Shown: positions 32,996 through 42,357 of the stretch, one piece after another
How positions within the stretch are numbered: position 1 is the first letter of the stretch
Layout of the letters: each line of letters begins with the position of its first letter
NCBI GenBank assembly: GCA_964386355.1
Contig: CAYLQQ010000002.1
Coordinates: forward strand, 45,374-109,373
From: an uncultured Pseudomonadales bacterium
Lineage (GTDB): Bacteria > Patescibacteriota > Microgenomatia > UBA1400 > UBA1449
Direction: 5' to 3'
Length of the DNA stretch: 64,000 nt
Position numbers and translations under genes: made by a program
Notes under the pieces: generated by a model
The model's input: the letters and a program-made list of their open reading frames with translations, nothing else
Told to the model about the DNA's origin: nothing
Databases searched by the model: none

Positions 32996-35290
32996 ATGTA
33001 TTGGGCAGATAAAATCGCAGATCAGATTGTAAAAAGTGGACAGCATAAACCATACTGGGTTGATGATATGAAAACCCCCTCTGGAAGGATTCATGTTGGG
33101 TCTTTACGGGGTGTGTTGATACATGATTTTGTCCACAAAGCTCTTATGCATCAAGGAAAATCCTCGACTTTTACGTATGTGTACAACGACATGGATCCAA
33201 TGGATGCATTACCGGGGTACTTAGATAAAGATGTTTATACTCAACATATGGGTAAGCCTCTGTATAAAATACCTGCACCTGAAGGTAACAAAAGTTTTGC
33301 TCAGTATTATGCCGATGAGTTTACTGGGGTTTTTAATCGCCTTGGGGCAACTCCCAAGATAGTGTTGTCGCATGAGCTGTATGAATCCGGCCAGATGAAT
33401 CCTCTTATACAGATAGCTTTAGATAATGTTGAAGAGTTAAAACACATTTATCGCGACATTGCTCATTACGAATTAGAAAAGAACTGGTATCCATTTCAGG
33501 TATTCTGTGAGCACTGCGGAAAAGAGGGTTCTACTACAACCTATCATTGGGATGGTGAGTATGTATATTACCGATGTGAAAAAAGTAAAGTAGAATGGGC
33601 TGTTGGCTGTGGTCATGAGGGCAAGGTTTCACCCTTTAACGGTACCGGTAAATTTCTTTGGAAAGTTGACTGGCCAGCTCACTGGAAGTTGATTGGTATT
33701 ACTATTGAAGGTGCTGGAAAGGATCATACTTCAGCCGGAGGTTCCCGTGATATGGCTCGGGAAATTGTGAAGCGTGTTTTCAAATACCCTGAGCCGTATG
33801 ACATCCCTTATGAGTGGTTGCTTATCCGTGGTGCCAAAATGTCTTCATCTAAAGGTATTGGAGCCTCTGCTAAAGAGTTTGCTGATCTTTTACCTCCGGA
33901 AGTGGGTAGGTTCTTGTTTGCCCGTACCCATTGCAATACAGTAATCGATTTTGATTTAGTTGGTAATACCATCCCTGATCTATTTGATGAATATGACAAA
34001 TGTGCACAGGCATATTTTAGTGGTAAACAAGATATGTATGCCCGGATTTATGAAGCTTCACAAGTGACTGATAAAAAATCAGATCCCGTATTTTTACCAA
34101 GATTTAGAGATGTAGCAATGTATAGCCAAATGCCCAGCGTTGATCTGATTGCAAAATTTGAACAGGTAAAAGGTTCTATCTTATCACCTGCAGAAAGGCA
34201 TATCCTGGAAGAGAGGGTAAATTACGCAAAGAAGTGGATTAAAAACTATGCTCCGTCTAATTTGAACTTTCAACTCTCAGATAACTCAACTCAATCTGTA
34301 ACACTTAATCAAAAACAGAAAGATTATTTAGGCTCTGTAATAGCGTTATTACAGAAAACATGGAATAAACCGGAAGATTTTCAATTTGAGCTGTTTGAAG
34401 AAACAAAACGACTTGGAATTTCAGCCAAGGAAGCTTTTGCTGCCATTTATCAGATACTGTTAGGTAAGAATTTTGGTCCTAAAGCAGCATGGTTTCTGTT
34501 GGAACAGGATAAAGAAGAGTTAATTAAGCGATTTAGCGAGGTGATAGGAGAAACTAATAAAAGTGATGTATCCATTTCCCAAACTTTTCCAACAATTACT
34601 GACTCAAAGATGATACAAATCAGTACAGCCATTGCACATCAATACCCTTCAGTGCATATCGGGTTTGCCATTATCAGAGGCATACAAGTGGTCAAAACCA
34701 ATGAACAGCTAGAACAAGAAAAAGAAACCCTATATGCAAAACTAAAAAGCATGACGACAGAAGAGATTGGCACTATGCCAGAGATCTTAAGTTATAGAAA
34801 AATGTACAAACAAATGGGGGTAGATTGGCATTCCAGAAGGCCTAGTCCAGAAGCTTTACTACGCCGTATCGTACAAGGCAAGGATTTGTATGCTGTAAAT
34901 ACTTGCGTTGATGCGTACAACCTGATTGTGATGAAATATAGAGTAAGTGTCGGGACATTTGACCTAAAAAATTTGGATTTTCCGGTAGAACTGTGTGTTG
35001 CGAAGGGTGGAGAAAAGATATTGCTTTTGGGCAATGATGAAGAAACCGAAATAAAAGCAGGTGAAGTGTATTATCAAGATCAAACTGGACCATACAATCT
35101 AGATTATAACTACAGAGACTCTCAGCGGGTGAGTGTGAATGAAGACACTGAAGACATTATGATCAACGTTGATGGCGTGTATGATGTTGGTAGACCACAT
35201 GTAGAAAGAGCACTGAAAGAGACTTTAGAGATTATCAAAAAGTACTGCGGTGGAGTGATAGAAGTCGCTGGTATTATTGAAGCGAAATAA
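32996..35290 (+). CDS. class I lysyl-tRNA synthetase with a C-terminal B3/4 (COG3382-like) domain
   Basis: HIGH-region TPSGRIHVGSLRG and KMSSSKG are the LysRS-I signature. Residues about 540-764 (PSPEALLRRIVQGKDLYAVNTCVDAYNLIVMKYRVSVGTFDL...GEVYYQD) fit the B3/4 tRNA-binding/editing-domain pattern known from PheRS beta. Confidence 0.75.
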   Translation: MYWADKIADQIVKSGQHKPYWVDDMKTPSGRIHVGSLRGVLIHDFVHKALMHQGKSSTFTYVYNDMDPMDALPGYLDKDVYTQHMGKPLYKIPAPEGNKSFAQYYADEFTGVFNRLGATPKIVLSHELYESGQMNPLIQIALDNVEELKHIYRDIAHYELEKNWYPFQVFCEHCGKEGSTTTYHWDGEYVYYRCEKSKVEWAVGCGHEGKVSPFNGTGKFLWKVDWPAHWKLIGITIEGAGKDHTSAGGSRDMAREIVKRVFKYPEPYDIPYEWLLIRGAKMSSSKGIGASAKEFADLLPPEVGRFLFARTHCNTVIDFDLVGNTIPDLFDEYDKCAQAYFSGKQDMYARIYEASQVTDKKSDPVFLPRFRDVAMYSQMPSVDLIAKFEQVKGSILSPAERHILEERVNYAKKWIKNYAPSNLNFQLSDNSTQSVTLNQKQKDYLGSVIALLQKTWNKPEDFQFELFEETKRLGISAKEAFAAIYQILLGKNFGPKAAWFLLEQDKEELIKRFSEVIGETNKSDVSISQTFPTITDSKMIQISTAIAHQYPSVHIGFAIIRGIQVVKTNEQLEQEKETLYAKLKSMTTEEIGTMPEILSYRKMYKQMGVDWHSRRPSPEALLRRIVQGKDLYAVNTCVDAYNLIVMKYRVSVGTFDLKNLDFPVELCVAKGGEKILLLGNDEETEIKAGEVYYQDQTGPYNLDYNYRDSQRVSVNEDTEDIMINVDGVYDVGRPHVERALKETLEIIKKYCGGVIEVAGIIEAK

Positions 35291-36169
35291 TTACTTCTTT
35301 TTAGCCATCCTATCCCACAGCACCAAGAGCGGGGCGGCGGTGAAGGTTGAGGAATACGTCCCGGAAACAGTTCCTACCAGCAAGGCAAAGACAAACCACT
35401 TGGTCGTTTCTCCTCCCAATAGGTATAAGGCCAAAAGCATAAAAATAATTGTCATGGAATTATTGATAGACCTGGTTAGTGTTTCATTGACGGCTTTATT
35501 GATCAGCATATCAGAAGGAATGCCTGACATCTTGCGTTTTGACTCACGGATGCGGTCATAGACGACGATAGTATCATGGACTGAGAAGCTTAAAATAGTT
35601 AGTAAGGCTGTCATAAACAGGGTGTCCACTTCCACATCCATAAAATATCCCAGCAGAGAAAAGACACCTAAAACCACAAGTGTATCGTGTAGCATAGCGA
35701 GGACTGCACAAATGCCATACTTTTTATCTTTAAATTGCTTCCAGATAAACAGAAGGATGACCCCTGCAGCTATCAATAGGGCTGTAAGAGCTCGCCTAAG
35801 CGTTTCTGCACCAAATGTTGGTCCCAGTGTTTCGAACCGTTTCTCCGTAATGGTAGTGCCGGCTGCTGAAGCTACTTTTTGTTGCAACAGGGAATTTGTT
35901 GCCTGGTCAAATGTTTTGGAACGGATGGTAAAAGTAGAATCTTCCTGTCTGACAGAACTGGCTTCAATTCCCTCCTGCACCAATAATTGTGATAGCTCTT
36001 CCTGGTTATATTGGTTGGGATTTTCGTTGAGTTGGAACTCAAGCAAGGTACCACCAGTAAAATCAATGGAGAGTTTGAGGCCATGAACAATGAGAGAATA
36101 TAGTCCTGGAATGATCACCAGACCGGAGATAACAAAGTAGAGCCAGTAGTATTTCATGAATTTGATCAT
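35291..36169 (-). CDS. secF: protein translocase subunit SecF
   Basis: SIDFTGGT motif and 6 TM; its stop abuts the lysS stop (35290/35291). Confidence 0.85.
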   Translation of the reverse strand: MIKFMKYYWLYFVISGLVIIPGLYSLIVHGLKLSIDFTGGTLLEFQLNENPNQYNQEELSQLLVQEGIEASSVRQEDSTFTIRSKTFDQATNSLLQQKVASAAGTTITEKRFETLGPTFGAETLRRALTALLIAAGVILLFIWKQFKDKKYGICAVLAMLHDTLVVLGVFSLLGYFMDVEVDTLFMTALLTILSFSVHDTIVVYDRIRESKRKMSGIPSDMLINKAVNETLTRSINNSMTIIFMLLALYLLGGETTKWFVFALLVGTVSGTYSSTFTAAPLLVLWDRMAKKK

Positions 36170-36170
36170 A

Positions 36171-37529
36171 TTATTCTTTTCCTCGGTATAAAACTCTTAT
36201 TAGAGTGCGTGAAACAACAATTCCTGTAAACATGCTTACAGCTACCCCTACAAGTAATGTCAAAGCAAAACCTCTGACCATGCCGGAGGTTACCAGCCAG
36301 TTGAAATTTAGAGGGTTTAGCAGAATAATTGCAGTTAAGATTGTGGCTAAGTTGGCATCTTTGATGCTATCCCAGGCGCGACCAAATCCGAGTTCCATAG
36401 CCCGTTTCCATGGCTGACCGGTTCTCATTTCTTCTTTCATGCGTTCGAAAATAAGAATATTAGCATCCACGGCCATTCCTACAGAAAGTATAAAACCGGC
36501 TATTCCAGGCAAAGATAAAGTAATTGGTACTAGTTTATAAATTGATAATGTGATTAAGCTATAAATAATAAGTGCAATATTTGCAATAATTCCCAGTCGA
36601 CCATACAAACCTATCATAAACAGCATGACAATCGCCAGGCCAATTAGTCCGGCAATCACGCTTTTTTGGACTGAATCGGCACCGAGGCTAGGACCGACAG
36701 TACGCTGTTCAATGATTTGTATAGGGACGGGGAGAGCACCTGCATTGAGCTGAATGGCTAGTTCTTTTGCTGAATCGGTAGTAAAACTACCTGAAATGAT
36801 TGCTTCACCAGATGTAATTTCGTCTTGGACAGTGGGTGCAGTGACCGGCATTTCATCCAGAAAGATGGCTACCTGTCTTTGTAGGTTTCGTTTAGTAATT
36901 TCGGCAAACTTGGTTGCCCCTTCGCTTGTAAACTGGATGGCAACTACCGGCTCACCGGAAATACTATTACTACCAAATTGTACAGAAGCGCGTTTGAGGT
37001 CTTTTCCTGTCAAGCCTGTGCTGACAAAGTTTAAAATGGATAAGGCAGAAGGTGAGGCATCTTGGAGTTCGGCAGGCAGCTCACGGAAATCGAGCTGGGC
37101 AGTTTTCCCGATGAGTGAAATGGCATCTTCAACGTTTTGAATACCAGGCATTTCTACGATAATCCGGTACTGGTCATTCATTCTAGAAGTAATAATATTA
37201 GGTTCGGTGACACCATACAAGTCAACGCGCCTACTGATCACTTCCCTGGTCGATTCAAGGGCTGTTGTTCGGTCTTCATTGGGAATAATACTCATATCCG
37301 CTTGCAGAACAAGCTGTACACCCCCCTGCAAATCAAGACCTTGCTGAATATTAAGGTCTCGACTGAACGTTTTATTGCCGATATTAATATTAATTATTGG
37401 GGAACCAATCTTTGTATCTATTTGTTTACCAAAAATAGTAAATTTTACTGGGATGTTTTTTGGGAGAGATATTACCAGTGTAATAAGGGTAAGGAAAATA
37501 ATGAAAATGAATAGCCGAATCGGTTTCAT
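36171..37529 (-). CDS. secD: protein translocase subunit SecD
   Basis: LGLDLQGGVQLVL motif and a large periplasmic domain; 1-nt spacing to secF. Confidence 0.85.
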   Translation of the reverse strand: MKPIRLFIFIIFLTLITLVISLPKNIPVKFTIFGKQIDTKIGSPIININIGNKTFSRDLNIQQGLDLQGGVQLVLQADMSIIPNEDRTTALESTREVISRRVDLYGVTEPNIITSRMNDQYRIIVEMPGIQNVEDAISLIGKTAQLDFRELPAELQDASPSALSILNFVSTGLTGKDLKRASVQFGSNSISGEPVVAIQFTSEGATKFAEITKRNLQRQVAIFLDEMPVTAPTVQDEITSGEAIISGSFTTDSAKELAIQLNAGALPVPIQIIEQRTVGPSLGADSVQKSVIAGLIGLAIVMLFMIGLYGRLGIIANIALIIYSLITLSIYKLVPITLSLPGIAGFILSVGMAVDANILIFERMKEEMRTGQPWKRAMELGFGRAWDSIKDANLATILTAIILLNPLNFNWLVTSGMVRGFALTLLVGVAVSMFTGIVVSRTLIRVLYRGKE

Positions 37530-37581
37530 ACGGATACTATTCTAAAGGATTTAAGCATGCAAGCAAGAGGTTAATCAGAAT

Positions 37582-38163
37582 TTAATTGATCAGTTCTTCC
37601 TCATCCCCGAGCAGCATTAATTTTGGACTTCCCAGAATCTTAATAATAAAGGGATCGTTACGATTTTTTCTAAACTCAAACTCATCTTTGGTCATCACTG
37701 AGTAATTGATCTCTCGATCCATTCGTTTTTCATAATCAGAAATTATTTGAGCTATTTGAGCTAATACAACATCACCTACAATTAAAACATCTACATCATT
37801 TTCCTGGTGGGGACGGTGGCGGATAAAACGGCCCGACAAAAAAGCAAACCGTATCTTACCGATCCGGTTTTTCTGCTTGACAATTTCTGCACCTAGACCT
37901 GTTGATTTGGCGACTAAATTTAACAATTCCAGATAGTAGAGGTAATCTTTACGGAAACCATAATAAAGCCTATTTCCACGCTGCTCCTTTTTTACCATTC
38001 CGTTTTTCTCCATGTGTTCTAGCTCGCGCCGTACTGCATTAATCTCCTCATCACTCAGACGTACGAGTTCCCGTACGAAGTATATTTTTGCTGGATCTTC
38101 AAGAAATATCTTCATTAACTTAACCCGAACTTTGGAGATCATGAAGTTTTCTAAATCTGCCAT
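37582..38163 (-). CDS. winged-helix DNA-binding domain plus minimal nucleotidyltransferase-like domain protein
   Basis: N-terminal wHTH-like region; block FLSGRFIRHRPHQENDVDVLIVGD resembles the GS...D.D nucleotidyltransferase fold. Low certainty. Confidence 0.35.
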   Translation of the reverse strand: MADLENFMISKVRVKLMKIFLEDPAKIYFVRELVRLSDEEINAVRRELEHMEKNGMVKKEQRGNRLYYGFRKDYLYYLELLNLVAKSTGLGAEIVKQKNRIGKIRFAFLSGRFIRHRPHQENDVDVLIVGDVVLAQIAQIISDYEKRMDREINYSVMTKDEFEFRKNRNDPFIIKILGSPKLMLLGDEEELIN

Positions 38164-38279
38164 AAAAAAGAATTAAGAATATAGAAATAAGAATCAGGGT
38201 ACACTCTATACTCTAAATTATCATAAATCAAGTTATTTAAACCGATTATAACACACTACAAAAAAATTATAGACCAGAT

Positions 38280-38310
38280 AAAAAACCCTTCAGATACTTC
38301 TGAAGGGTTT
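38280..38310 (-). terminator. rho-independent terminator (CCCTTCAGA-TACT-TCTGAAGGG) downstream of the DUF3048 gene; could act in both directions
   Basis: 9-bp perfect stem flanked by an A-run on one side and a T-run on the other. Confidence 0.55.
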
Positions 38311-38371
38311 ATCTAATTGCTAATATGTTGTTATCAAATTATATAAGTGCAGCTATACTGAACTATTACTG

Positions 38372-39610
38372 CTAATACTCAAGAGTCTTATTTCCCACAG
38401 GTATATTACTGATCCAAATAGATCCAGGCAGGAATTCTATTTCCTTCCCATCTTCACCAAAATACTTAGTCCTTGAAGTTCTGGTTTTCTTTTCCCATGT
38501 AATTTCTTCTGCATTTCCGTTCTGGAACAGCACGGCTTTGCCTTTTCCAATCAAACCATATATAAGGTGGGCATTGTTAGGATAACCATCGTTGGCATTA
38601 CTTTCGACTGAGTACATAACTATCAGATTTTTTACCGTCAGCTGTTCGTTTGTATTTAAATCAGTATGGGGTTGTCCAGACTGTACCCGCTTATACGATT
38701 TAGTAGCTGGGTCAAAGTCCCAGGCTACTGAGTAGTCACCGGCAGGTGAGTTTGCCCAAAAATTGTAACTGACTTTGACAGTTTGGCCTTGTTCGACCTT
38801 TGACTCATCAGCAAATTTCCAGGGGACATAGTCTTCATCCCATGCAACACCCTCTGCATCTTCATAGTTCCACTCGCGTTTGGCTGCGACTGCCCAGAGT
38901 CTTTCACTAGTTGAATACATCGTATGTTCTGTAGCAACGGTATGTCCAAGACGTTCGTAATCGCGCCAAAATGTAGGATAACCAATAGAGTATTGCGATA
39001 AATCGTTGCCCATAGCACCTCCCCAGCCGTATCTATCAATCTGACCAAGGGCATCAGCTTTTGAAGTTCCTCCAGGACAACCATGATTACAATTTGCTCC
39101 CCCAACATGCGTATACAAGGGATTAGCTCCGTATTCGGATGCCCAGTCAAGATAGTAGGTGCGAGCACTTCGTATAGGTCCCATCATAACTTCATATGCT
39201 TGTGCGTTACAGTAAAATACACCCATAAACCGGGTTATTCCGCCTTCAGCAACAGTCTCGTAGATGATATCAGCGTTTAAAAGACCAGATTGAGGACGGG
39301 CTTCTTCATGATTTTCGATCATTACGAGCAGGGGCCTACGTTTGCTCCAGGCATCTTTTTCGGCTTTTGAAAACAGTGCTCCATTTAACGGGCATACTTC
39401 TGTCTTGGGACCTGAATTATCAATGAGTAGTTTAAACTTTGACTCAGTCTTTGTATCTGACGATAAATTATCCTTGTTTTGGTCGTTTCCAGGGTTAATT
39501 ATATTGAGGCTTGAAGGTAAAACAAAAGTGAATACAGCAAACGAAGTGCCGGCACTAAAGAGATACAAACCAAATAAAGCGATTACACTATATAGTAATT
39601 TTTGTTTCAT
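38372..39610 (-). CDS. secreted DUF3048-family (YerB-like) protein
   Basis: Blocks LLVMIENHEEARPQSGLLNADIIYETVAEGGITRFMGVF match what I recall as the DUF3048 N-domain. The tracked ORF begins at TTG 39634; ATG at 39610 gives signal peptide MKQKLLYSVIALFGLYLFSAGTSFA. Confidence 0.55.
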   Translation of the reverse strand: MKQKLLYSVIALFGLYLFSAGTSFAVFTFVLPSSLNIINPGNDQNKDNLSSDTKTESKFKLLIDNSGPKTEVCPLNGALFSKAEKDAWSKRRPLLVMIENHEEARPQSGLLNADIIYETVAEGGITRFMGVFYCNAQAYEVMMGPIRSARTYYLDWASEYGANPLYTHVGGANCNHGCPGGTSKADALGQIDRYGWGGAMGNDLSQYSIGYPTFWRDYERLGHTVATEHTMYSTSERLWAVAAKREWNYEDAEGVAWDEDYVPWKFADESKVEQGQTVKVSYNFWANSPAGDYSVAWDFDPATKSYKRVQSGQPHTDLNTNEQLTVKNLIVMYSVESNANDGYPNNAHLIYGLIGKGKAVLFQNGNAEEITWEKKTRTSRTKYFGEDGKEIEFLPGSIWISNIPVGNKTLEY

Positions 39611-39704
39611 GAGCCTTTGTAGTAAAAAATACAAAATCCAAAACAGTAGGGATTGTTTTGGATGATCTACTAATTACTCTCCGATGCATATATCATAAAC
39701 TATA

Positions 39705-40163
39705 TTAGCTAGCTGAGGCAATGACATATTCTTCCTCTTTTGATAAGGGAAACTGTTCAGATTTGGCTTTTTTTATCCGTTTTGCATATACCCTTGTCGT
39801 ATCACGGCTGTGTAAAAATGTTAAAACCATACCACTTTTTGTGTCATCAAGTAAAGCTAGGGCAAAGCTTTGATCTCCGCCAGTTTCATCAAAAGGATTA
39901 AATCTTACAAATCCAACCTTTTGAATATGAAGAGATGTTTTTTGCTTTAACTGCTCAAACAAGTGTTTAATTTGTGCATTTTCCTGAGTTAAACGTTTTT
40001 CATTTTTGATAATGTTTTCAAGTAGTTGCACAAGATCATGTTCTTTGCTTTTACCAACTAATTGCTTATAGTGTTTGTACATTTGGGTGAAAAGAATGCT
40101 CAGTAGAATTAGCCAGATAAACAATAACGAACTTACAATAAATAGTAGCGTATATTCATGCAT
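39705..40163 (-). CDS. membrane-anchored DUF4446-like protein
   Basis: N-terminal TM, coiled segment, then GFVRFNPFDETGGDQSFALALLDDTKSGMVLTFLHSRDTTRVYAKRI, which resembles DUF4446. Confidence 0.45.
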   Translation of the reverse strand: MHEYTLLFIVSSLLFIWLILLSILFTQMYKHYKQLVGKSKEHDLVQLLENIIKNEKRLTQENAQIKHLFEQLKQKTSLHIQKVGFVRFNPFDETGGDQSFALALLDDTKSGMVLTFLHSRDTTRVYAKRIKKAKSEQFPLSKEEEYVIASAS

Positions 40164-40263
40164 AGTATGGATAAACTGTATTAAATTGGGTAATTACAAA
40201 GTTTAACTTGTCAAACCCTCAGTCTTTGCTATTATGATGGTATCAAAAATTATATTTTAAATT

Positions 40264-40536
40264 ATGTCAAAACACAAAACACGTGCAGAAAAAAAACAAT
40301 CCTCAAAAAGAAGTGAGGTTAACAAACACAATACTGCATTTACATACTCGACAACAGGAGCAATACCTAAAACCCGAATTCAAGTAAATGAGAATGAGCT
40401 GCTTGTTACTGATCCGAAGTATATATATAAAGATCTCTTGAGAACGTTAGTGCTTGCCATTATTTTTTTTGCTGTGCTTATCTGGCTTTATACCGCCATG
40501 GAATCAGGAAAATTACAGCTTACACTTCCTTTGTAG
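40264..40536 (+). CDS. small basic membrane protein (90 aa)
   Basis: Lys/Arg-rich N-terminus and one C-terminal TM. Confidence 0.35.
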   Translation: MSKHKTRAEKKQSSKRSEVNKHNTAFTYSTTGAIPKTRIQVNENELLVTDPKYIYKDLLRTLVLAIIFFAVLIWLYTAMESGKLQLTLPL

Positions 40537-40591
40537 TACAAAAAAAACACCCCGTAGATGCGAGGCGTTTTTTATTAATTCCCTTTTTTCT

Positions 40592-40894
40592 TTATTTTGG
40601 TAGGAATTGCTTAAGGTCAATCACAGGCTTCTCATAATTATCCTTGAGTTCACCCAGGTCTTGGCCTGCGTTACGTACGCCTCGAATATTATCTTCAAAG
40701 CGATTAAGCATATTTGATTGAACAGGTTCTCCTACATACGTTTCTGCAGTTTCAGCTTGAGTTACATTTTTTGCCGTTATACTAGTCATAAGCAGTACGG
40801 TAACAACGCTGCTGACAACTGCAACTACAACTGATAGCAGTAGCATGGTTAGTATATTTTGTCTTGGTTGAGTTGGTATATTTGTTTCATTCAT
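40592..40894 (-). CDS. small single-pass membrane protein
   Basis: The tracked ORF starts at TTG 40906; ATG at 40894 has SD GGAGG 5 nt upstream. TM LLLSVVVAVVSSVVTVLLM. Confidence 0.4.
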   Translation of the reverse strand: MNETNIPTQPRQNILTMLLLSVVVAVVSSVVTVLLMTSITAKNVTQAETAETYVGEPVQSNMLNRFEDNIRGVRNAGQDLGELKDNYEKPVIDLKQFLPK

Positions 40895-40910
40895 ATAATC
40901 CTCCAATAAT

Positions 40911-41291
40911 TTATTGTCTTGGTCTTGAAGGTATTGACATACCTGTAGGAAATGTAGGTGTGGGTCTTATTGACGATCCCGGTAAGCCACCCCTACTATC
41001 GCGAGTACTTCCCAATCTTTCCCTGCTTGGTTTGGTACAAGCGCTAGATGGCCACCAATCAGGAGCGTCACTTGCATCGCAAACATCATCAGGATCTTCC
41101 TGATGACAGCCTGCCATTTGCATCCATTGACATGGCATATCAGGTAGGCCTTGAGCCATAAATTGAGCAATTACGTTTTCTGAAGGCTTCCAATTCACCG
41201 GTCCTGTTGGCTCTATTGCATATTTGTACCAATCATATGCCCACCAAAAGGTATGAAACATATCTTGAAGTATGTATTTTGCCTCTTCCAT
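40911..41291 (-). CDS. Trp/Cys-rich hypothetical protein (126 aa)
   Basis: 8 Trp and 5 Cys (DMPCQWMQMAGCHQEDPDDVCDASDAPDWWPSSAC), with a Pro/Ser/Arg-rich tail. Confidence 0.35.
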   Translation of the reverse strand: MEEAKYILQDMFHTFWWAYDWYKYAIEPTGPVNWKPSENVIAQFMAQGLPDMPCQWMQMAGCHQEDPDDVCDASDAPDWWPSSACTKPSRERLGSTRDSRGGLPGSSIRPTPTFPTGMSIPSRPRQ

Positions 41292-41430
41292 TACTTCCTT
41301 AGCTGGGATTACACATGAATTTGTACCATCACAATCTTCAAGTATGCGCGTCGCATCATCGTATAGTTTTGATGCCTCTGCCCAGTCTTTATTAAATCGT
41401 GAATCTGAATTTGTAATGTATTGTCTATAT

Positions 41431-42267
41431 TTATTTATTTATATAGTCTGCTTTTTTATAATTCACCTGATGATTTGGATACGCTTTTGATAAACCAGCA
41501 CTCATTTTTGCTGCATGTTCCTCTGTAAAACTGGCTTCCATCTGAGTGATCACAGCGCTGACTATGTCATTGCCGTAGGTAACCAAAGTTTGGACACAAT
41601 ACTTGAAACGTTGAATACGGCTTGCCATGACATTACTGGTTACTGATTTCCATGCAGTTTCGTTCGCATCGATCTTTTGTTGAGTATTGGAAATTATTGT
41701 TTTTAACTGATCAATACTCGTAGCAGCATTTACTTGACCTTTCAGTGTTGTCGGATCGTTTGGATTGTTGGGGTTCTCGATTAATGGAAGTACGACTGTG
41801 CGAATATAATCAATTGCTTCAGTTTCACCAACTGTAGGAATGTTATACTCTGCCATCGATGCGGCTTCAGTTTCAAGCTTTGTTATCTTCTCATTCAGTT
41901 TGCATTTTAAGTTTTCAACAACTAAAAGCGCATACTGTTTGACTTGGGGAAATGCCTGTTCCCACATGGCATTTGTCTGTTGTTGATCTAAAGCCTGAAG
42001 AGCTTCCCATCTTACTGTTTGCATAGTATTTTGGAAGTCTGCACCGTGCAGGTTCATGATCTCAGCACGAATATCATCAACAGTCTGACCATTCATATAA
42101 TAACGAACAGTATCACCCGGATTGGGGAATTCCTGCCATCCTGGTTCAGGGTAGGGGTGTGGGGGTAAATAAGGTTCGGGAGCGTCATAAGCCCGAATTG
42201 CTGTAAATGTCAAAAAAACTGATGCTAAGCCAACAGCCACTGGTAATAAAAACCTTGCATTTTTCAT
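41431..42267 (-). CDS. secreted hypothetical protein (278 aa)
   Basis: Signal peptide MKNARFLLPVAVGLASVFLTFTAIRA; helical, Gln/Asn-rich. Confidence 0.4.
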   Translation of the reverse strand: MKNARFLLPVAVGLASVFLTFTAIRAYDAPEPYLPPHPYPEPGWQEFPNPGDTVRYYMNGQTVDDIRAEIMNLHGADFQNTMQTVRWEALQALDQQQTNAMWEQAFPQVKQYALLVVENLKCKLNEKITKLETEAASMAEYNIPTVGETEAIDYIRTVVLPLIENPNNPNDPTTLKGQVNAATSIDQLKTIISNTQQKIDANETAWKSVTSNVMASRIQRFKYCVQTLVTYGNDIVSAVITQMEASFTEEHAAKMSAGLSKAYPNHQVNYKKADYINK

Positions 42268-42357
42268 AAGCAGAAAGGTATTTTATAACTAATACCAGTC
42301 TGACAATACAAAATAGCTATGTCAAGAAGTAAATAACAGAGAAACTTGTTTTGATAA

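Noticed and set aside
40537-40575. Possible terminator AAACACCCCGTAGATGCGAGGCGTTTTTT after the 90-aa gene
   Set aside because: I could not draw a convincing stem; the A- and T-runs flank imperfect complementarity.
40911-42267. Possibility that the 126-aa and 278-aa minus-strand ORFs are one gene split by a frameshift
   Set aside because: Reading upstream from MEEAKY in frame reaches TAA with no alternative start, and the gap has no ORF in the frame of the upstream gene.
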